DNA of 64,000 nt from a virus (IMGVR_UViG_2537561979_000003), one strand, 5' to 3'; counted from the first letter of the stretch, positions 51,316-62,988 are shown. The notes: a model not told the origin generated them from the letters alone. Translations and numbers: made by a program.

Positions 51316-51855
51316 ATGAATAAAATTATTTTATTTCTAATCTTTTCTACGTTTAGTGTAGGCACTGCCTTGGCTAACTCGTTGCAAAGTCAAATTGCTG
51401 CTATTGCTCAGGCGGAAAATGAAGGGCGAGCTAAAGAGCAGCAAGCTGAGGATGCCAGAAAAGAACTTATTCGCCAACAAGCACAAGCTGAACGTATTAG
51501 AAGAGAAAAAGCAGCATCTGCCGCTGCTGCACGCGAAAAACAGCGTGTTGCTGCAGAAAATGAACGTAGAGCGAAACGAGAAGCCGAGCTAGCAAATGAC
51601 AAGAAGCGAGATCAAGCTTATGAGGATGAGCTTCGCAAGCTGCAACTCGAAAGCATGAAACTCGAACTGCAAGCAAAAGCGGCTCGTGTCCAGCGAGAAA
51701 ACGATTTTATAGAGCAGGAGTTGAAGGAGAGAGCAGCTAAGACAGATGTAATTCAGTCTGAGGCTGATGCAAATAGAAATATTTCTACAGGAAGTAAAGA
51801 TTTACTGCAAAGCGAAGGAAAAGCTAGAGAGAAGAAAGCTAGCAGTTGGTGGTAG
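51316..51855 (+). CDS. Secreted charged coiled-coil protein
   Basis: Signal peptide ..FSVGTALANS then E/K/R/A-rich helix. Confidence 0.55.
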   Translation: MNKIILFLIFSTFSVGTALANSLQSQIAAIAQAENEGRAKEQQAEDARKELIRQQAQAERIRREKAASAAAAREKQRVAAENERRAKREAELANDKKRDQAYEDELRKLQLESMKLELQAKAARVQRENDFIEQELKERAAKTDVIQSEADANRNISTGSKDLLQSEGKAREKKASSWW

Positions 51856-51879
51856 TAATCACTACGATTGCGAGCATAC

Positions 51880-51904
51880 TGTCACAAATGACAACTCGTA
51901 GAAT
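51880..51904 (+). promoter_or_regulatory. Putative Lpa-dependent late promoter (TGTCACAAATGACA + TAGAAT)
   Basis: Matches element at 39797 and 20113. Confidence 0.4.
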
Positions 51905-51911
51905 CTGTTAA

Positions 51912-52502
<591 letters not shown>

Positions 52503-52512
52503 GGGGGCTGAT

Positions 52513-53124
52513 ATGGGGCTTAATGTTGCTTCAGTAAAGTCTTATGTATCTTCGGCATTAACGACGACATTATTTGGCTCCGGCGTTGGTGAGCGGGAAG
52601 TTGGTAAGCTGACGTCAATCATCATGAACAAAATGCTGTTCGCGCAAGGATGGCAGTTCTCTGTCGAAGTTGATGGACTGGAGGGGGCAGACTTCTTTGC
52701 CAAAGACATTACCTACCACGATTACAGCATCGAATATGAAACGATTAAAATCGGCGGAGGGAATATCCTTCAGCCAACGGAGCGTTCGCCTGGGCAGATA
52801 ACCATGATGGTCAGGGATACCGTTGATGGCCTCGTTTTGGACTGGTTTAAGACGGCAAAAAGTCGGGTGATCAATCCGGACGGTACCGGGAATATACCGT
52901 CTAAATATTTGCTCAATGTGCGTATTTATCGGTTGCTGTCCTCCGGTTTAACCAAACTGGAAAATGAGATGACGGTATTCCCGGTCACTACCGGCGATGT
53001 CACCTATGCGCGGGATCAGGTTACGGAATTTAAGTCATTCCCAATGACCTTCGCATTGCACAGCACGTTTAACCAATCCTCAAGTTCTTTGGCTTCCCTT
53101 CTGGGCTTTAGTTTTTCTCTTTGA
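52513..53124 (+). CDS. Late structural protein, 203 aa (tail-tube candidate)
   Basis: ORF in tail operon upstream of sit. Confidence 0.5.
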   Translation: MGLNVASVKSYVSSALTTTLFGSGVGEREVGKLTSIIMNKMLFAQGWQFSVEVDGLEGADFFAKDITYHDYSIEYETIKIGGGNILQPTERSPGQITMMVRDTVDGLVLDWFKTAKSRVINPDGTGNIPSKYLLNVRIYRLLSSGLTKLENEMTVFPVTTGDVTYARDQVTEFKSFPMTFALHSTFNQSSSSLASLLGFSFSL

Positions 53125-53138
53125 ATTAAGGAGCAAGG

Positions 53139-54020
53139 ATGCTTTTACCCCTTTTCCCGCTACCATCGCGGCCAACTGAATTGATCCAGTTCCGTCAGCC
53201 AAATATTGCTGATGCGATGCGTTTCAACTCGATAACACCGGAGGAACAAGAACAACAGACAACGGCATATTTAAAAGCCTTGCTGGTTGAACCCGCGAAA
53301 CATGATCCCCTGACATGGACGGCGCAGGACCGGATTACCGCGTTATGGTGGATATTTACCGGCTCCCGTGAAACACCGGTCGAGACATTCACCTACACCT
53401 GTAAACATTGCGGTAAAGAGCATTATTACGATTGCGATATGAATGCTCTGGCTGAAGATATCCAGGTCCTGGAAGTGGAACCGTTCATTGACGATATTGA
53501 GGTGTCTGTAGAGGGAGTGCCTTATCAATGGCGTATCGTGCCGCTTGATGGTTGGGCAATGGAAATGCTGGAGATGCGCCGTGCAGCATTGCCACCTGAA
53601 GACGACGCGGAATTCAAAGAAGCGATCGTTGATTTGCGTTTTTGGGAATTCGCTTATCAGTGTGAGCTTTATAACGATGTTAGCGGTACTCGTGAAGATC
53701 AGGCTGAGCGTCGTTATGAAACGATTAAACGGATGGCCATTGATACTGAATTTATGAAGCTGGCGGCACACATCCGACTGGCTCATGAAAAGCTCGAACA
53801 TGGTTTACCGTGCTACATCGATAAAGGTGAAATGCGTCTTCGTCTCCCGCCGCATAAATGCCCAAATCAGGATAAAAAGGAGTCCACAGAGGGTGCGTAT
53901 ACCCGTCTGTGGGTGCCCTTTCGGGCTACCGACTTCATTCCACAGGTGGGGATTGAAAAGCTATCAGACCTTAGTGTCCAACCTGGTTTTGTATGGGGGT
54001 ATACCGATTCAGGACGCTGA
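53139..54020 (+). CDS. Late protein, 293 aa
   Basis: ORF in tail operon. Confidence 0.5.
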   Translation: MLLPLFPLPSRPTELIQFRQPNIADAMRFNSITPEEQEQQTTAYLKALLVEPAKHDPLTWTAQDRITALWWIFTGSRETPVETFTYTCKHCGKEHYYDCDMNALAEDIQVLEVEPFIDDIEVSVEGVPYQWRIVPLDGWAMEMLEMRRAALPPEDDAEFKEAIVDLRFWEFAYQCELYNDVSGTREDQAERRYETIKRMAIDTEFMKLAAHIRLAHEKLEHGLPCYIDKGEMRLRLPPHKCPNQDKKESTEGAYTRLWVPFRATDFIPQVGIEKLSDLSVQPGFVWGYTDSGR

Positions 54021-54101
54021 AAGGCTTACTGAATCCTATGCGTTTTTCCTGTTGGAGAAACTGGAAGAAAAACTTAAACCGAAACGGTAGGCGATAAGAT
54101 C

Positions 54102-57100
54102 ATGGAAAGAAAAAACGCCAACATTGACGATGTTATAAGGACAGTTGAAACCGCCAGCGCAAAAGAGCTGGAAGAGCTTGCAGGTATTCGGGAAGCCGTT
54201 GAAGATTTGAAAGGGGGGCGAGTTGCTACAGTTGATCCTGTCTCTCGCAGTGTGTCGGCATTAAATCGCACAATCGAAAATTCCCGGCCAGACTTTGTGG
54301 CCAATGCGCCATCAGTGGACCCTATTGTTGAGGCAATGAAACGGCTTAATTTAGGGGACGTTTCTCGTGTAGTTCAGGAGGATGTTGCTCTACAGGAACC
54401 GCAGGCCAAATCAACTACGCGAAAGGGTAAAAAACGACGCAAGAAGGCTATAACAGAAGATGTAAAGGCGCAACGTACCGAAGCAGCCGAACACGCTCGC
54501 GAAATGTTCGGTCAAAAAGGCGGTGCGCAAAAAAGCCAAAACCAACGCGATGCGCGTGGTCGTTTTATTGGAAAGTCAGGGAGTAAGGCCGCAGCGGAAG
54601 ATGCCCGTGCTGAACGTGCTGAAAAGGCCAGGCGCAAAGAGGATGATGAGCGTCTAAATGCTGAATCAGGTTTATTAAAAAAACTGTCAAAAGTAGCTGA
54701 AGGCATAGGTAACCCTTCAGAGACTCGTGCCGTCGATGCGTTAGGTTATGCCGTTGCTGGTCCATTGTGGGCCGCAGGGAAGGAGCTTGGCGGGATATCA
54801 AAAGAAGTTGGTGGATCGCTTAATGGTGCCAGAAAGTCTATTGCCGATGTGATTCGTGGCAATGACGATAACAGCCGTAGAAAAGGTTTTTTTAGGCGTA
54901 AATCGCAAAATAGTGCCGATGTCGTTCAGGTTAACACCCAAAAACGGACGGTTCAGGAACTTCAGGATCAGACCAGCGAAATTAAAGAGGGCAATGACAA
55001 GATTCTCAGCGCCCTTGATCAGATAGCCAAAAACACCGGGAAAAAGAAGGGCGGCTTGCTGTCCAAATTATTTAGCCTGTTAGGGAAGGGGGCCGGTGGC
55101 GTCGCGTCGTTGTTAATGGGGCGTGGCATGCTGAAAAAAGCTGGAGCACTCGCTTTTGGCGCTCTGGGGGCAAAGAAACTTGTAGGAATGCTACGCGGTG
55201 GTGGCAAGAAGACTCTCGCCCATGAAGGCGGAGATTTGGCTGCCCGGGCAGCAGGTAAACTTGGATTAAAGGCAGTTGGTAAAGGGGCGTTACGCGCAAT
55301 TCCCCTAGTCGGCACAGTGGCTGGAGGTATTTATGATGCGGTAACCGGTTGGAATGATACAGAAGCGCAACGTCGAGCGTTTGGGCTTAAATCAGGACAA
55401 GATCCATCATTCCAGCAAAAAGCCGCTTATACGTTAGCTAATGTTCTTGATATGGGGGGACTGGTATCTGGTATTAGCAGCGCCATTGGTGAGGTTCTCA
55501 AATCACTTGGATTTGAGGATATCGGCAATATGTTGCAATCATTTTCGACGGAAAGTATTGCCCAGGCCATTGATAGCGGGGTTACCAACTTAGAAACATA
55601 TATTTCTAACCTTGGCGACACCATTTCTACCAAGTTCGATGATTACACAGCAAAGATTGGTGATGCTGTTTCAGCATGGTTTAGCGATACATCTAATAAG
55701 TTGCTTGAAAAGCTGGATGCCATAAAAGACTTCTTTACTGTCGATAACCTGAAACAGGTTTTCAGTGATGCAATTGATAGTGCAATTGACTTCATTAAGA
55801 ACCCAGGGAAACACATTAAAGAGGCGGCTGGTAATATTTGGGATGGGGTTAAAAATTTACCCGGTAAAGCATTAGATGCAGCGGTTGATGCCGTTAAAAA
55901 TACCCCTGCGGCAATGATTGTATCAAAAATACCCAATCCGATCGGCGAGGCTAATGCAAAAGAAATCACTCCAGAGTTAAAAGCTCCGGTTAATAGCCAC
56001 CAGGAGACATCTGATTCTAAAACTGAATCCGATGCTAAACAGACTAATATTGCTACCCGCGTGATAAATGCGGCACTGGACACGGCGAAAGATAGCAATA
56101 AAACAGTTAAAGAAACTGCTAATCAGATTATCAATGCAAATGCCGTAGAAACGGGCAATAGCGCGTTGCAGAAAATTGATAATGCTATTGGACAAAATAG
56201 CTCGTCATCATCGTCGCTTAATACCACTGGCACCAGGAATGACATTCAGAAAGCAGCGGATACCTACAACAATGGCAACTTGGATGTAAAAGTCGGAAAT
56301 CTTGGTGCTGAAGGTAAGGCAAATCTAGATAAGTTGGCACCGTATTTTGCTGAACTAGAGAATAAATATGGCCTTCCAGAAGGCACTCTTTACTCGATTG
56401 CTGCAACTGAATCAGGAGGGGATCCTAACGCAAAGTCTCCGCTTACAAGATCACCAGATGGAAAGTTAAGTGGTGGCGCACTCGGGATGTTCCAGTTCAC
56501 GAGTATTGCTCGTAAAGAGACTGGGATATCGGAACCGGATGCATTTGATCCTGTGAAATCGGCAGAAGCTGCGGCTCTTCTCATGAGCAAGTATCTGAAG
56601 CAAGCCAATGGAGATTTAAACGAGGCCATAACTGCATATAACGCTGGGTTTGGCACTATTAATAAGTGGAAAAAAGGCACCGGTGACTTATCGAAAGAAA
56701 ACCGTGAGTACGCGATCAAGGTCAATACTCATCGTGCTCGCTATTTAGGTGGTGAAATCTATACACCTGGGGCAGGAGCACAGGGTGGGGCGCAATATGG
56801 AGTGAGGGAACCACTACCTGATAACGCCGTTATCGATCAGTCTACTGGTCTGGCGTTTACCCCTGGTGATAGCCCGTTTGAGAAAGGCGGTCTGGTAGAC
56901 AAAATTGGCAATGCTGTTGGTGTTAACGATCTGGTCAACAAATTCATGAATGGCCGGGGTATGCGTCGGGAAGTCGTTCAGGGAACGCTCGAAGAACGTG
57001 CACGAGGGAAGGGGACCGCAACAGCAGCTGGCAATGTGTATGTTGATACTCCGATGCCAGTTGAAGAGGCGCGTCCGGTGGCCAGCAACTCAAGTTACTT

Positions 57101-57524
57101 TGACCAACTCGGCGCACAAATGGGGATTGATGGACTATTCGATAAACTCCGCAACTCGCCGGGGATGCGGAAAAATAATGCGCCTGAACCAGCCTCCACG
57201 TCCCTGGTGACGACTGCCGCCAACGATTTGCAGCAACCAACCGGTCGTATGCAGATAGACGGACAGGTTATTAGTGACCTTGGCGGCTCCGGTGCCAAGC
57301 CGACAATGCAGTTGGCTGATAATACCGTTTCACTTGATGGTGAAACGAAGCGGCTGTTTGCGCAGATGACCTCATTGCTTGCCAGGATTGAAGAGCACAC
57401 TAAAGACTCGGCGAAAGGCCAGGGAACTGTCGTAAAGGTCAGCACGCCTCAACCGGGCGTTATGCGCACGGTGCCACTGTCAATTGATGATCCGTTGATG
57501 AATGACTACGCGAGAGTTGATTGA
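54102..57524 (+). CDS. sit: Tape-measure-like structural protein with soluble lytic transglycosylase domain, 1140 aa
   Basis: SLT motifs ..AATESGG.., ..GMFQF.., ..AYNAG..; size matches P1 Sit. Confidence 0.85.
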   Translation: MERKNANIDDVIRTVETASAKELEELAGIREAVEDLKGGRVATVDPVSRSVSALNRTIENSRPDFVANAPSVDPIVEAMKRLNLGDVSRVVQEDVALQEPQAKSTTRKGKKRRKKAITEDVKAQRTEAAEHAREMFGQKGGAQKSQNQRDARGRFIGKSGSKAAAEDARAERAEKARRKEDDERLNAESGLLKKLSKVAEGIGNPSETRAVDALGYAVAGPLWAAGKELGGISKEVGGSLNGARKSIADVIRGNDDNSRRKGFFRRKSQNSADVVQVNTQKRTVQELQDQTSEIKEGNDKILSALDQIAKNTGKKKGGLLSKLFSLLGKGAGGVASLLMGRGMLKKAGALAFGALGAKKLVGMLRGGGKKTLAHEGGDLAARAAGKLGLKAVGKGALRAIPLVGTVAGGIYDAVTGWNDTEAQRRAFGLKSGQDPSFQQKAAYTLANVLDMGGLVSGISSAIGEVLKSLGFEDIGNMLQSFSTESIAQAIDSGVTNLETYISNLGDTISTKFDDYTAKIGDAVSAWFSDTSNKLLEKLDAIKDFFTVDNLKQVFSDAIDSAIDFIKNPGKHIKEAAGNIWDGVKNLPGKALDAAVDAVKNTPAAMIVSKIPNPIGEANAKEITPELKAPVNSHQETSDSKTESDAKQTNIATRVINAALDTAKDSNKTVKETANQIINANAVETGNSALQKIDNAIGQNSSSSSSLNTTGTRNDIQKAADTYNNGNLDVKVGNLGAEGKANLDKLAPYFAELENKYGLPEGTLYSIAATESGGDPNAKSPLTRSPDGKLSGGALGMFQFTSIARKETGISEPDAFDPVKSAEAAALLMSKYLKQANGDLNEAITAYNAGFGTINKWKKGTGDLSKENREYAIKVNTHRARYLGGEIYTPGAGAQGGAQYGVREPLPDNAVIDQSTGLAFTPGDSPFEKGGLVDKIGNAVGVNDLVNKFMNGRGMRREVVQGTLEERARGKGTATAAGNVYVDTPMPVEEARPVASNSSYFDQLGAQMGIDGLFDKLRNSPGMRKNNAPEPASTSLVTTAANDLQQPTGRMQIDGQVISDLGGSGAKPTMQLADNTVSLDGETKRLFAQMTSLLARIEEHTKDSAKGQGTVVKVSTPQPGVMRTVPLSIDDPLMNDYARVD

Positions 57525-57880
57525 TGGCCAACAATAATGAAATTGATCCTTTACTGACGCTGGAGTTATCCGGCGTAAAAACGTATGAGTCCCAGGAGGA
57601 GGCCTGGGGCGCTCGTTTATATGAGTGGCTAAACACTTATCAGGGTGAGGTATACGGGGATCCGTCATGGGGCAATGTTTTACCGCAGTTTAAACACGAA
57701 CCGACCAACTTGTCGCATGTTCAAATTGCGGTTGAGGCAATGCTGTTGCAAAAACTGACGGTAGATTTACCTGACATACCGATTTCTGGCTTGTCAGTAG
57801 CCGAGGGAGATGCTTTTGATAAGTTGAAAATATCCATTCGTATCAGGGATATAACTATCACACAGGACGTGGTGCTATGA
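57521..57880 (+). CDS. Late tail/baseplate protein, 119 aa
   Basis: Coupled ORF. Confidence 0.5.
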   Translation: MMANNNEIDPLLTLELSGVKTYESQEEAWGARLYEWLNTYQGEVYGDPSWGNVLPQFKHEPTNLSHVQIAVEAMLLQKLTVDLPDIPISGLSVAEGDAFDKLKISIRIRDITITQDVVL

Positions 57881-59310
57881 GTAAAACAACACCGACTAAA
57901 GACAGTATTCGTGCAGAGTTTGAAGAGCTTGTCGAGAAAGATTCATTCTGGTCGAAGTTTGTCGGCTCTCAATTTGTCTCGATGCTGACATTGTTTATTA
58001 CCCAGATTGTCTACAGGTGCTTTCAGTATGCCGATGCGGCGCTGGCTGAAGGCTTTATATCGACCGCGACGCGGCGTTCCTCTATCCTGGCAGCGGCAGA
58101 AACGAATAGTTACGTTGGTACCAAGCCAACACCGTCATCCGGGATGGTTGAGATCACAGCCACAAGTGAAGATGCTCCAGCGGTAATCCCCAAAAACACG
58201 CCTTTAATATCTGACGACCAGTACCCTTACATGACTATGGATGTATGCAGGTTGGTTGACGGCACCGGTACGGTAGAAGTGGCACAGTTGGAAATCCAGG
58301 AGGTGACATATACCGTTACGGCAGCCAAAGAATTTCTGGAAGTCGTGTTATCAAAGGCTCTCACTGCTGTCTGCTATAAGCTGGAAGTATTCGTGACGAC
58401 CGATGGTAAGACCACGCAGTGGTCTTCCAGCACTATGTTCCGGTTAGCCGGTAGTAAAAGCCAGGTCTACGTTGAGTTTTATAAGCCATCCGAGCAGTTG
58501 GGGGTTCGATTCGGTGATGGGCTAATTGGGCAAATACCGCCAGAAGGCTCGACCATTACACTTAAGGTATGGTGCACCAACGGGGATATAACCCTGGTTG
58601 CTGGCCAAAACCTGACTCCTGTCGATTCTGCGGCTAATTTAGCTAATTTGATTTCAGTTAAGACAACGACACCCATAACCGCAGGTACCGATGCCGAAAC
58701 AACGGAGATCACACGTAATCGTGCACAATATTACCTTGCCTATGATGATCAGGTCGTATGGGGCGGGGACTATACGTATTTTCTGGTGCGTAACATCCCG
58801 GGACTGTCCTGGGTAAAGGCATGGGGCGAAGGCCAGCAAGAGAAATTAGATGGTGCTTATAATGTTCGGAATATCAATAAGATATTTATTTCAGGATGGC
58901 ATCCAAACAAAAGCCAGTCAGAGCTTGAAGAAATGATCCTGGCTGCCTTTAAGAAGGTGCCGAATGAGTTGAACAAGAAATTCTCGTATAAAGAGGTCAG
59001 AAAACTACCCTTTAAGATCACCATCACTGGGCGGATATCGGCAAGCCTGACCATTGAGAACGTGACTGATGAGCTGAAGTCGGCACTGGAAACAAAATTT
59101 GGGCGTGACTCAACTTTCTTTGATCCGAACCGTGTCGGCAAGTACATCCTAATCAAGAAAAAAGACGTTTGGGCATTTATCGAAACGCTGGGTTATTTCC
59201 GCGACTTTTATCTGGAATTTGTCGAGTGGAATGAGTCCAACGGCTTTTACGATTTCGTTTATCTGGATACAGAAAACTCCACCTTTAATATTTCGTATGA
59301 GGAGGAGTGA
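57877..59310 (+). CDS. Baseplate-like protein, 477 aa
   Basis: Coupled ORF. Confidence 0.5.
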   Translation: MSKTTPTKDSIRAEFEELVEKDSFWSKFVGSQFVSMLTLFITQIVYRCFQYADAALAEGFISTATRRSSILAAAETNSYVGTKPTPSSGMVEITATSEDAPAVIPKNTPLISDDQYPYMTMDVCRLVDGTGTVEVAQLEIQEVTYTVTAAKEFLEVVLSKALTAVCYKLEVFVTTDGKTTQWSSSTMFRLAGSKSQVYVEFYKPSEQLGVRFGDGLIGQIPPEGSTITLKVWCTNGDITLVAGQNLTPVDSAANLANLISVKTTTPITAGTDAETTEITRNRAQYYLAYDDQVVWGGDYTYFLVRNIPGLSWVKAWGEGQQEKLDGAYNVRNINKIFISGWHPNKSQSELEEMILAAFKKVPNELNKKFSYKEVRKLPFKITITGRISASLTIENVTDELKSALETKFGRDSTFFDPNRVGKYILIKKKDVWAFIETLGYFRDFYLEFVEWNESNGFYDFVYLDTENSTFNISYEEE

Positions 59311-60146
59311 TGCAACGTTCCTGGTTTAATAACCGGCTTACATCAGCTAAGCAAAAGTCATTACTTTATAAATCATTGGCTGATTTGGTTCAGTCAATGA
59401 TGGACACCTTTGTTGACCCATGGTTGGAGCGAATTACCAACCGGAAGTCTATTTTCTCCATGAGCAAGGAGGATCTGGAGACTAGGACAAATGAACTTGG
59501 CCAGTTTTTTACTATCAGAACGTCGAATTCATCTTCCGTTCCGATGTTGTTACAACAGCGGTTTGATGAGATCCATTTTAAGGGTACTGAACGCCCTATA
59601 AACCAGACAATTTATCGCGAATTTAACGGTATATCGGTTTTATGGGATCCCATATATGCTCCGGTGGACTTTGAACGTCATCCCTATGGCACGGTCCTGA
59701 TTCCAGAAAGCACACTGGAAACCACCGGCGGCACATTCGGCGAGATGTTTCTGACTTCCAGAGGAATGATCAGTATTCCCATAAACGACCTGGCCCGGAC
59801 AATGGGTATTACTGGAACGATAGATCAGTCCGCAATTACAGAAGAAATTCTCAGAAAGTTTAATCAGTTCGTAAAGCCTCTACTGCCACTGCATATAGTG
59901 TTTGATGGGCTTACGCTCTATTTGTCGGTTGTTGTAAATGAACAGGCCGACATGATCACTTTGAATGAGATTTCTGATACCGAAAAAGCATTCTGCTGGT
60001 TTGAAACTTCGGATACAACTTCGCTTACTGAAGTTACGTCGATTAACGCCCCGATCACTGCAACGCCGGGCGGCACTATTGTGAAAGCAACGCCTACGTT
60101 TGATCGCACCCGCGCAGATGATTTGCTGTTGGATAGCGATGCGTGA
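59307..60146 (+). CDS. Tail/baseplate protein, 279 aa
   Basis: Coupled ORF. Confidence 0.5.
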   Translation: MMQRSWFNNRLTSAKQKSLLYKSLADLVQSMMDTFVDPWLERITNRKSIFSMSKEDLETRTNELGQFFTIRTSNSSSVPMLLQQRFDEIHFKGTERPINQTIYREFNGISVLWDPIYAPVDFERHPYGTVLIPESTLETTGGTFGEMFLTSRGMISIPINDLARTMGITGTIDQSAITEEILRKFNQFVKPLLPLHIVFDGLTLYLSVVVNEQADMITLNEISDTEKAFCWFETSDTTSLTEVTSINAPITATPGGTIVKATPTFDRTRADDLLLDSDA

Positions 60147-60224
60147 CAATCACCCCGTCCGCAGGGCGGGGTGACAAGTTACTTATCTTACAATGAGGCT
60201 TCACAACATTGATTAGGGAAAATC

Positions 60225-60659
60225 ATGTCTGACGTCTCAACAAACCTCTATAAGAGTCAGTTGTTGGACTATTACTATCAGCGGCGCGCTGAATCGTCCA
60301 TTAACAAAGGCTCTCGATTTTTAATCAGCAAGGCCGTTTTCGGTACCAGTTCACTGGTTACTAAGAAAGGAGATGGCACTTATGAGATTGGAGAACTGCC
60401 AAAGGCTTTCGATCTGGCAGAACTGACCAGTCAATTTTGCACCATCAACCTCGTCCCAACCTACTCAGGCGGGATAATTACTGTCCGAATGGACCTTGAT
60501 CAAAGTCAGTTGCAGGAAGGGAAAAACTACCCATTCAACACTCTGGTTGTTCTGGATAACGAGAATAAGCCAATCGCCATTATTTGTGTCCAAGAAGACT
60601 CGCTGTATGTGGGCAAAACATATACCGCAGTTATGGCCATAAACTCGACTACAGCATAA
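60225..60659 (+). CDS. Tail-fibre-associated protein, 144 aa
   Basis: ORF directly upstream of tail-fibre gene. Confidence 0.5.
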   Translation: MSDVSTNLYKSQLLDYYYQRRAESSINKGSRFLISKAVFGTSSLVTKKGDGTYEIGELPKAFDLAELTSQFCTINLVPTYSGGIITVRMDLDQSQLQEGKNYPFNTLVVLDNENKPIAIICVQEDSLYVGKTYTAVMAINSTTA

Positions 60660-60670
60660 GGATATGCTTG

Positions 60671-62545
60671 ATGAATGACGTTACAGTTGTTACATCGGTT
60701 ACTTACCCATCACCCGAGTCGTTGGCTCTGGTGGCTGATGTGCAATACCACGAACCATATCTGTCAGCCGCTCTAAACCGAAAATTCAGGGGAATTGTTG
60801 ACCCGGGATTTTATGCTGGTTTCTTGCCTAAGCCTGGCGGTGGAATGAACCTGTTAATCACCTCAGTGGATGGAGATAAAACCGCTGGCGCGGCGTCAGT
60901 GGATATTGGTGAATTCTACCAGGTAACTATTCAGCATCGTAAGGATATCTCTCTTGCACTTAACGCAGGCAAGAAATATGCAATTGTGCTGAAGGGAAGA
61001 TACCTTCTTGGAGAAGATACCTATCAGGTGAATACCGCGTCACATATTCATGCAGCTGAATTTGTTGCCAGAACCTATACCGATTCATATCAGTTAGGTG
61101 ATGGGGAACTGCTGGTTTGTACGGTGAATATCCCTGCTGGCGTATCTACCATTACTCAAGAGATGATTGATACATCCGAGCGTATCAACCGCACGATCGG
61201 CATTGATATTTCAGACTCTGTAACCAGTACCAGAAGTGATGTTGCTGCGAGTTCGCTGGCAGTTAAAAAAGCCTACGATCTGGCGAAAAGCAAGTATACG
61301 GCGCAGGATGCAAGCACAACGCAAAAGGGATTAGTTCAGCTCAGTAGTGCCACTAACAGTACGTCCGAAGTGCTGGCCGCCACACCGAAAGCTGTCAAGG
61401 CTGCATATGACCTGGCTAACGGGAAGTATACAGCCCAGGATGCAACCACGACACAAAAAGGGATAGTTCAGCTCAGTAGCGACACCAACAGCACTTCTGA
61501 AACATTAGCTGCAACTCCAAAAGCGGTTAAAGCTGCATACGATCTAGCAGCCGGAAAGGCACCATCCAGTCATACACATCCCTGGAATCAGATCACTGGT
61601 GTGCCAACAGCTTCATTGACAGCGAAAGGCATCACTCAGCTCAGTAGTGCCACTAACAGCACGTCTGAAGTGCTGGCCGCCACACCGAAAGCTGTCAAGG
61701 CTGCATATGACCTGGCTAACGGGAAGTATACAGCCCAGGATGCAACCACGGCTCAAAAAGGGATAGTCCAACTCAGCAGTGCTACCAATAGCACTTCTGA
61801 AACATTAGCTGCAACTCCAAAAGCGGTTAAAGCTGCATACGATCTAGCAGCCGGAAAGGCACCATCCAGTCATACACATCCCTGGAATCAGATCACTGGT
61901 GTGCCAACAGCTTCATTGACAGCGAAAGGCATCACTCAGCTCAGTAGTGCCACTAACAGCACGTCTGAAGTGCTGGCCGCCACACCGAAAGCTGTCAAGG
62001 CTGCATATGATTTGGCTAATGGAAAGCAAGCGGCAGACGCTACGCTCACTGCTCTAGCGGCACTAGCTACAGCAGCAGATAAACTCCCTTATTTCACAGG
62101 TGTTGATCGTGCCGCGTTAACTGCATTGACAAGTGTTGGACGCGCCATTCTTGGTAAGACCAGTATTCAGAGCGTTCTTGATTACCTTGGTTTGGGAGAA
62201 GCGGCAAAACGGAATGTGGGCACAGGAGATAATCAGATACCGGATATGGGAGCATTCGCTTCTGGTTCGGGATGGTTCAGGCTACCAGGTGGATATATTG
62301 TTCAGTTTGGCACTTTTTCAGGAAACACGACCCGCTTTATCAGTGGACACTTCCCTATACCATTCCCTAATCAGCCGATGGTTTCAGTCAGTGTTATGTC
62401 TGATGCCGTTCAGTCAGACCCGTCGAATCCTGCCCCGCAGGTTTTGTCTGTAAATTTTGAACATATCAGTAATTCAGCGTGGCGTGTGGCAACCAGTGAT
62501 ATCTCACAGCAATACAGATTCAGTTATATTTCGATAGGACGGTAG
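60671..62545 (+). CDS. Tail fibre (S-like) with five phage-tail-fibre repeats (start refined to MNDVTVV)
   Basis: Repeats ..TQKGIVQLSSATNSTSE.LAATPKAVKAAYDLA..; near-identical ~300-bp tandem duplication. Confidence 0.7.
   Translation: MNDVTVVTSVTYPSPESLALVADVQYHEPYLSAALNRKFRGIVDPGFYAGFLPKPGGGMNLLITSVDGDKTAGAASVDIGEFYQVTIQHRKDISLALNAGKKYAIVLKGRYLLGEDTYQVNTASHIHAAEFVARTYTDSYQLGDGELLVCTVNIPAGVSTITQEMIDTSERINRTIGIDISDSVTSTRSDVAASSLAVKKAYDLAKSKYTAQDASTTQKGLVQLSSATNSTSEVLAATPKAVKAAYDLANGKYTAQDATTTQKGIVQLSSDTNSTSETLAATPKAVKAAYDLAAGKAPSSHTHPWNQITGVPTASLTAKGITQLSSATNSTSEVLAATPKAVKAAYDLANGKYTAQDATTAQKGIVQLSSATNSTSETLAATPKAVKAAYDLAAGKAPSSHTHPWNQITGVPTASLTAKGITQLSSATNSTSEVLAATPKAVKAAYDLANGKQAADATLTALAALATAADKLPYFTGVDRAALTALTSVGRAILGKTSIQSVLDYLGLGEAAKRNVGTGDNQIPDMGAFASGSGWFRLPGGYIVQFGTFSGNTTRFISGHFPIPFPNQPMVSVSVMSDAVQSDPSNPAPQVLSVNFEHISNSAWRVATSDISQQYRFSYISIGR
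62175..62200. other. Possible cix/hix-type inversion crossover site inside the tail-fibre gene
   Basis: TTCTTGATTACCTTGGTTTGGGAGAA resembles the 26-bp Din-family inversion site; tentative. Confidence 0.3.
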
Positions 62546-62547
62546 AA

Positions 62548-62988
62548 ATGCAGAAATATATTTTCAGTGCCGATAAAAATGCGTTTTTCCCTGTGGAGCT
62601 TAAAATCGCTTATCAGGAATCCGGTGAATGGCCCGATGATGGAATCGAAATTGACGACACTGTTGCCGCCGAATTTATGAAGGAAGCACCAGAAGGAAAA
62701 TACAGAGGTGTCATCGACGGAATGCCTGCATGGATTGATATTCCACCGCCAACTCATGAGGAACAAATTGCCGCAGCCGAACTGGAAAAGCAGCAATTGA
62801 TTAATCAGGTCAACGAATACATAAACAGTAAGCAATGGCCTGGTAAAGCGGCGATTGGTCGCCTGAAAGGTGAGGAACTGGCGCAATATAATTTGTGGCT
62901 GGATTATCTGGACGCACTGGAACTGGTCGATACTTCCGGTGCGCCAGATATTGAATGGCCTACGCCTCCGGCAGTTCAGGCCAGATGA
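62548..62988 (+). CDS. Tail-fibre assembly protein (U-like)
   Basis: C-terminal ..APDIEWPTPP.. typical of Tfa proteins; follows S. Confidence 0.65.
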   Translation: MQKYIFSADKNAFFPVELKIAYQESGEWPDDGIEIDDTVAAEFMKEAPEGKYRGVIDGMPAWIDIPPPTHEEQIAAAELEKQQLINQVNEYINSKQWPGKAAIGRLKGEELAQYNLWLDYLDALELVDTSGAPDIEWPTPPAVQAR

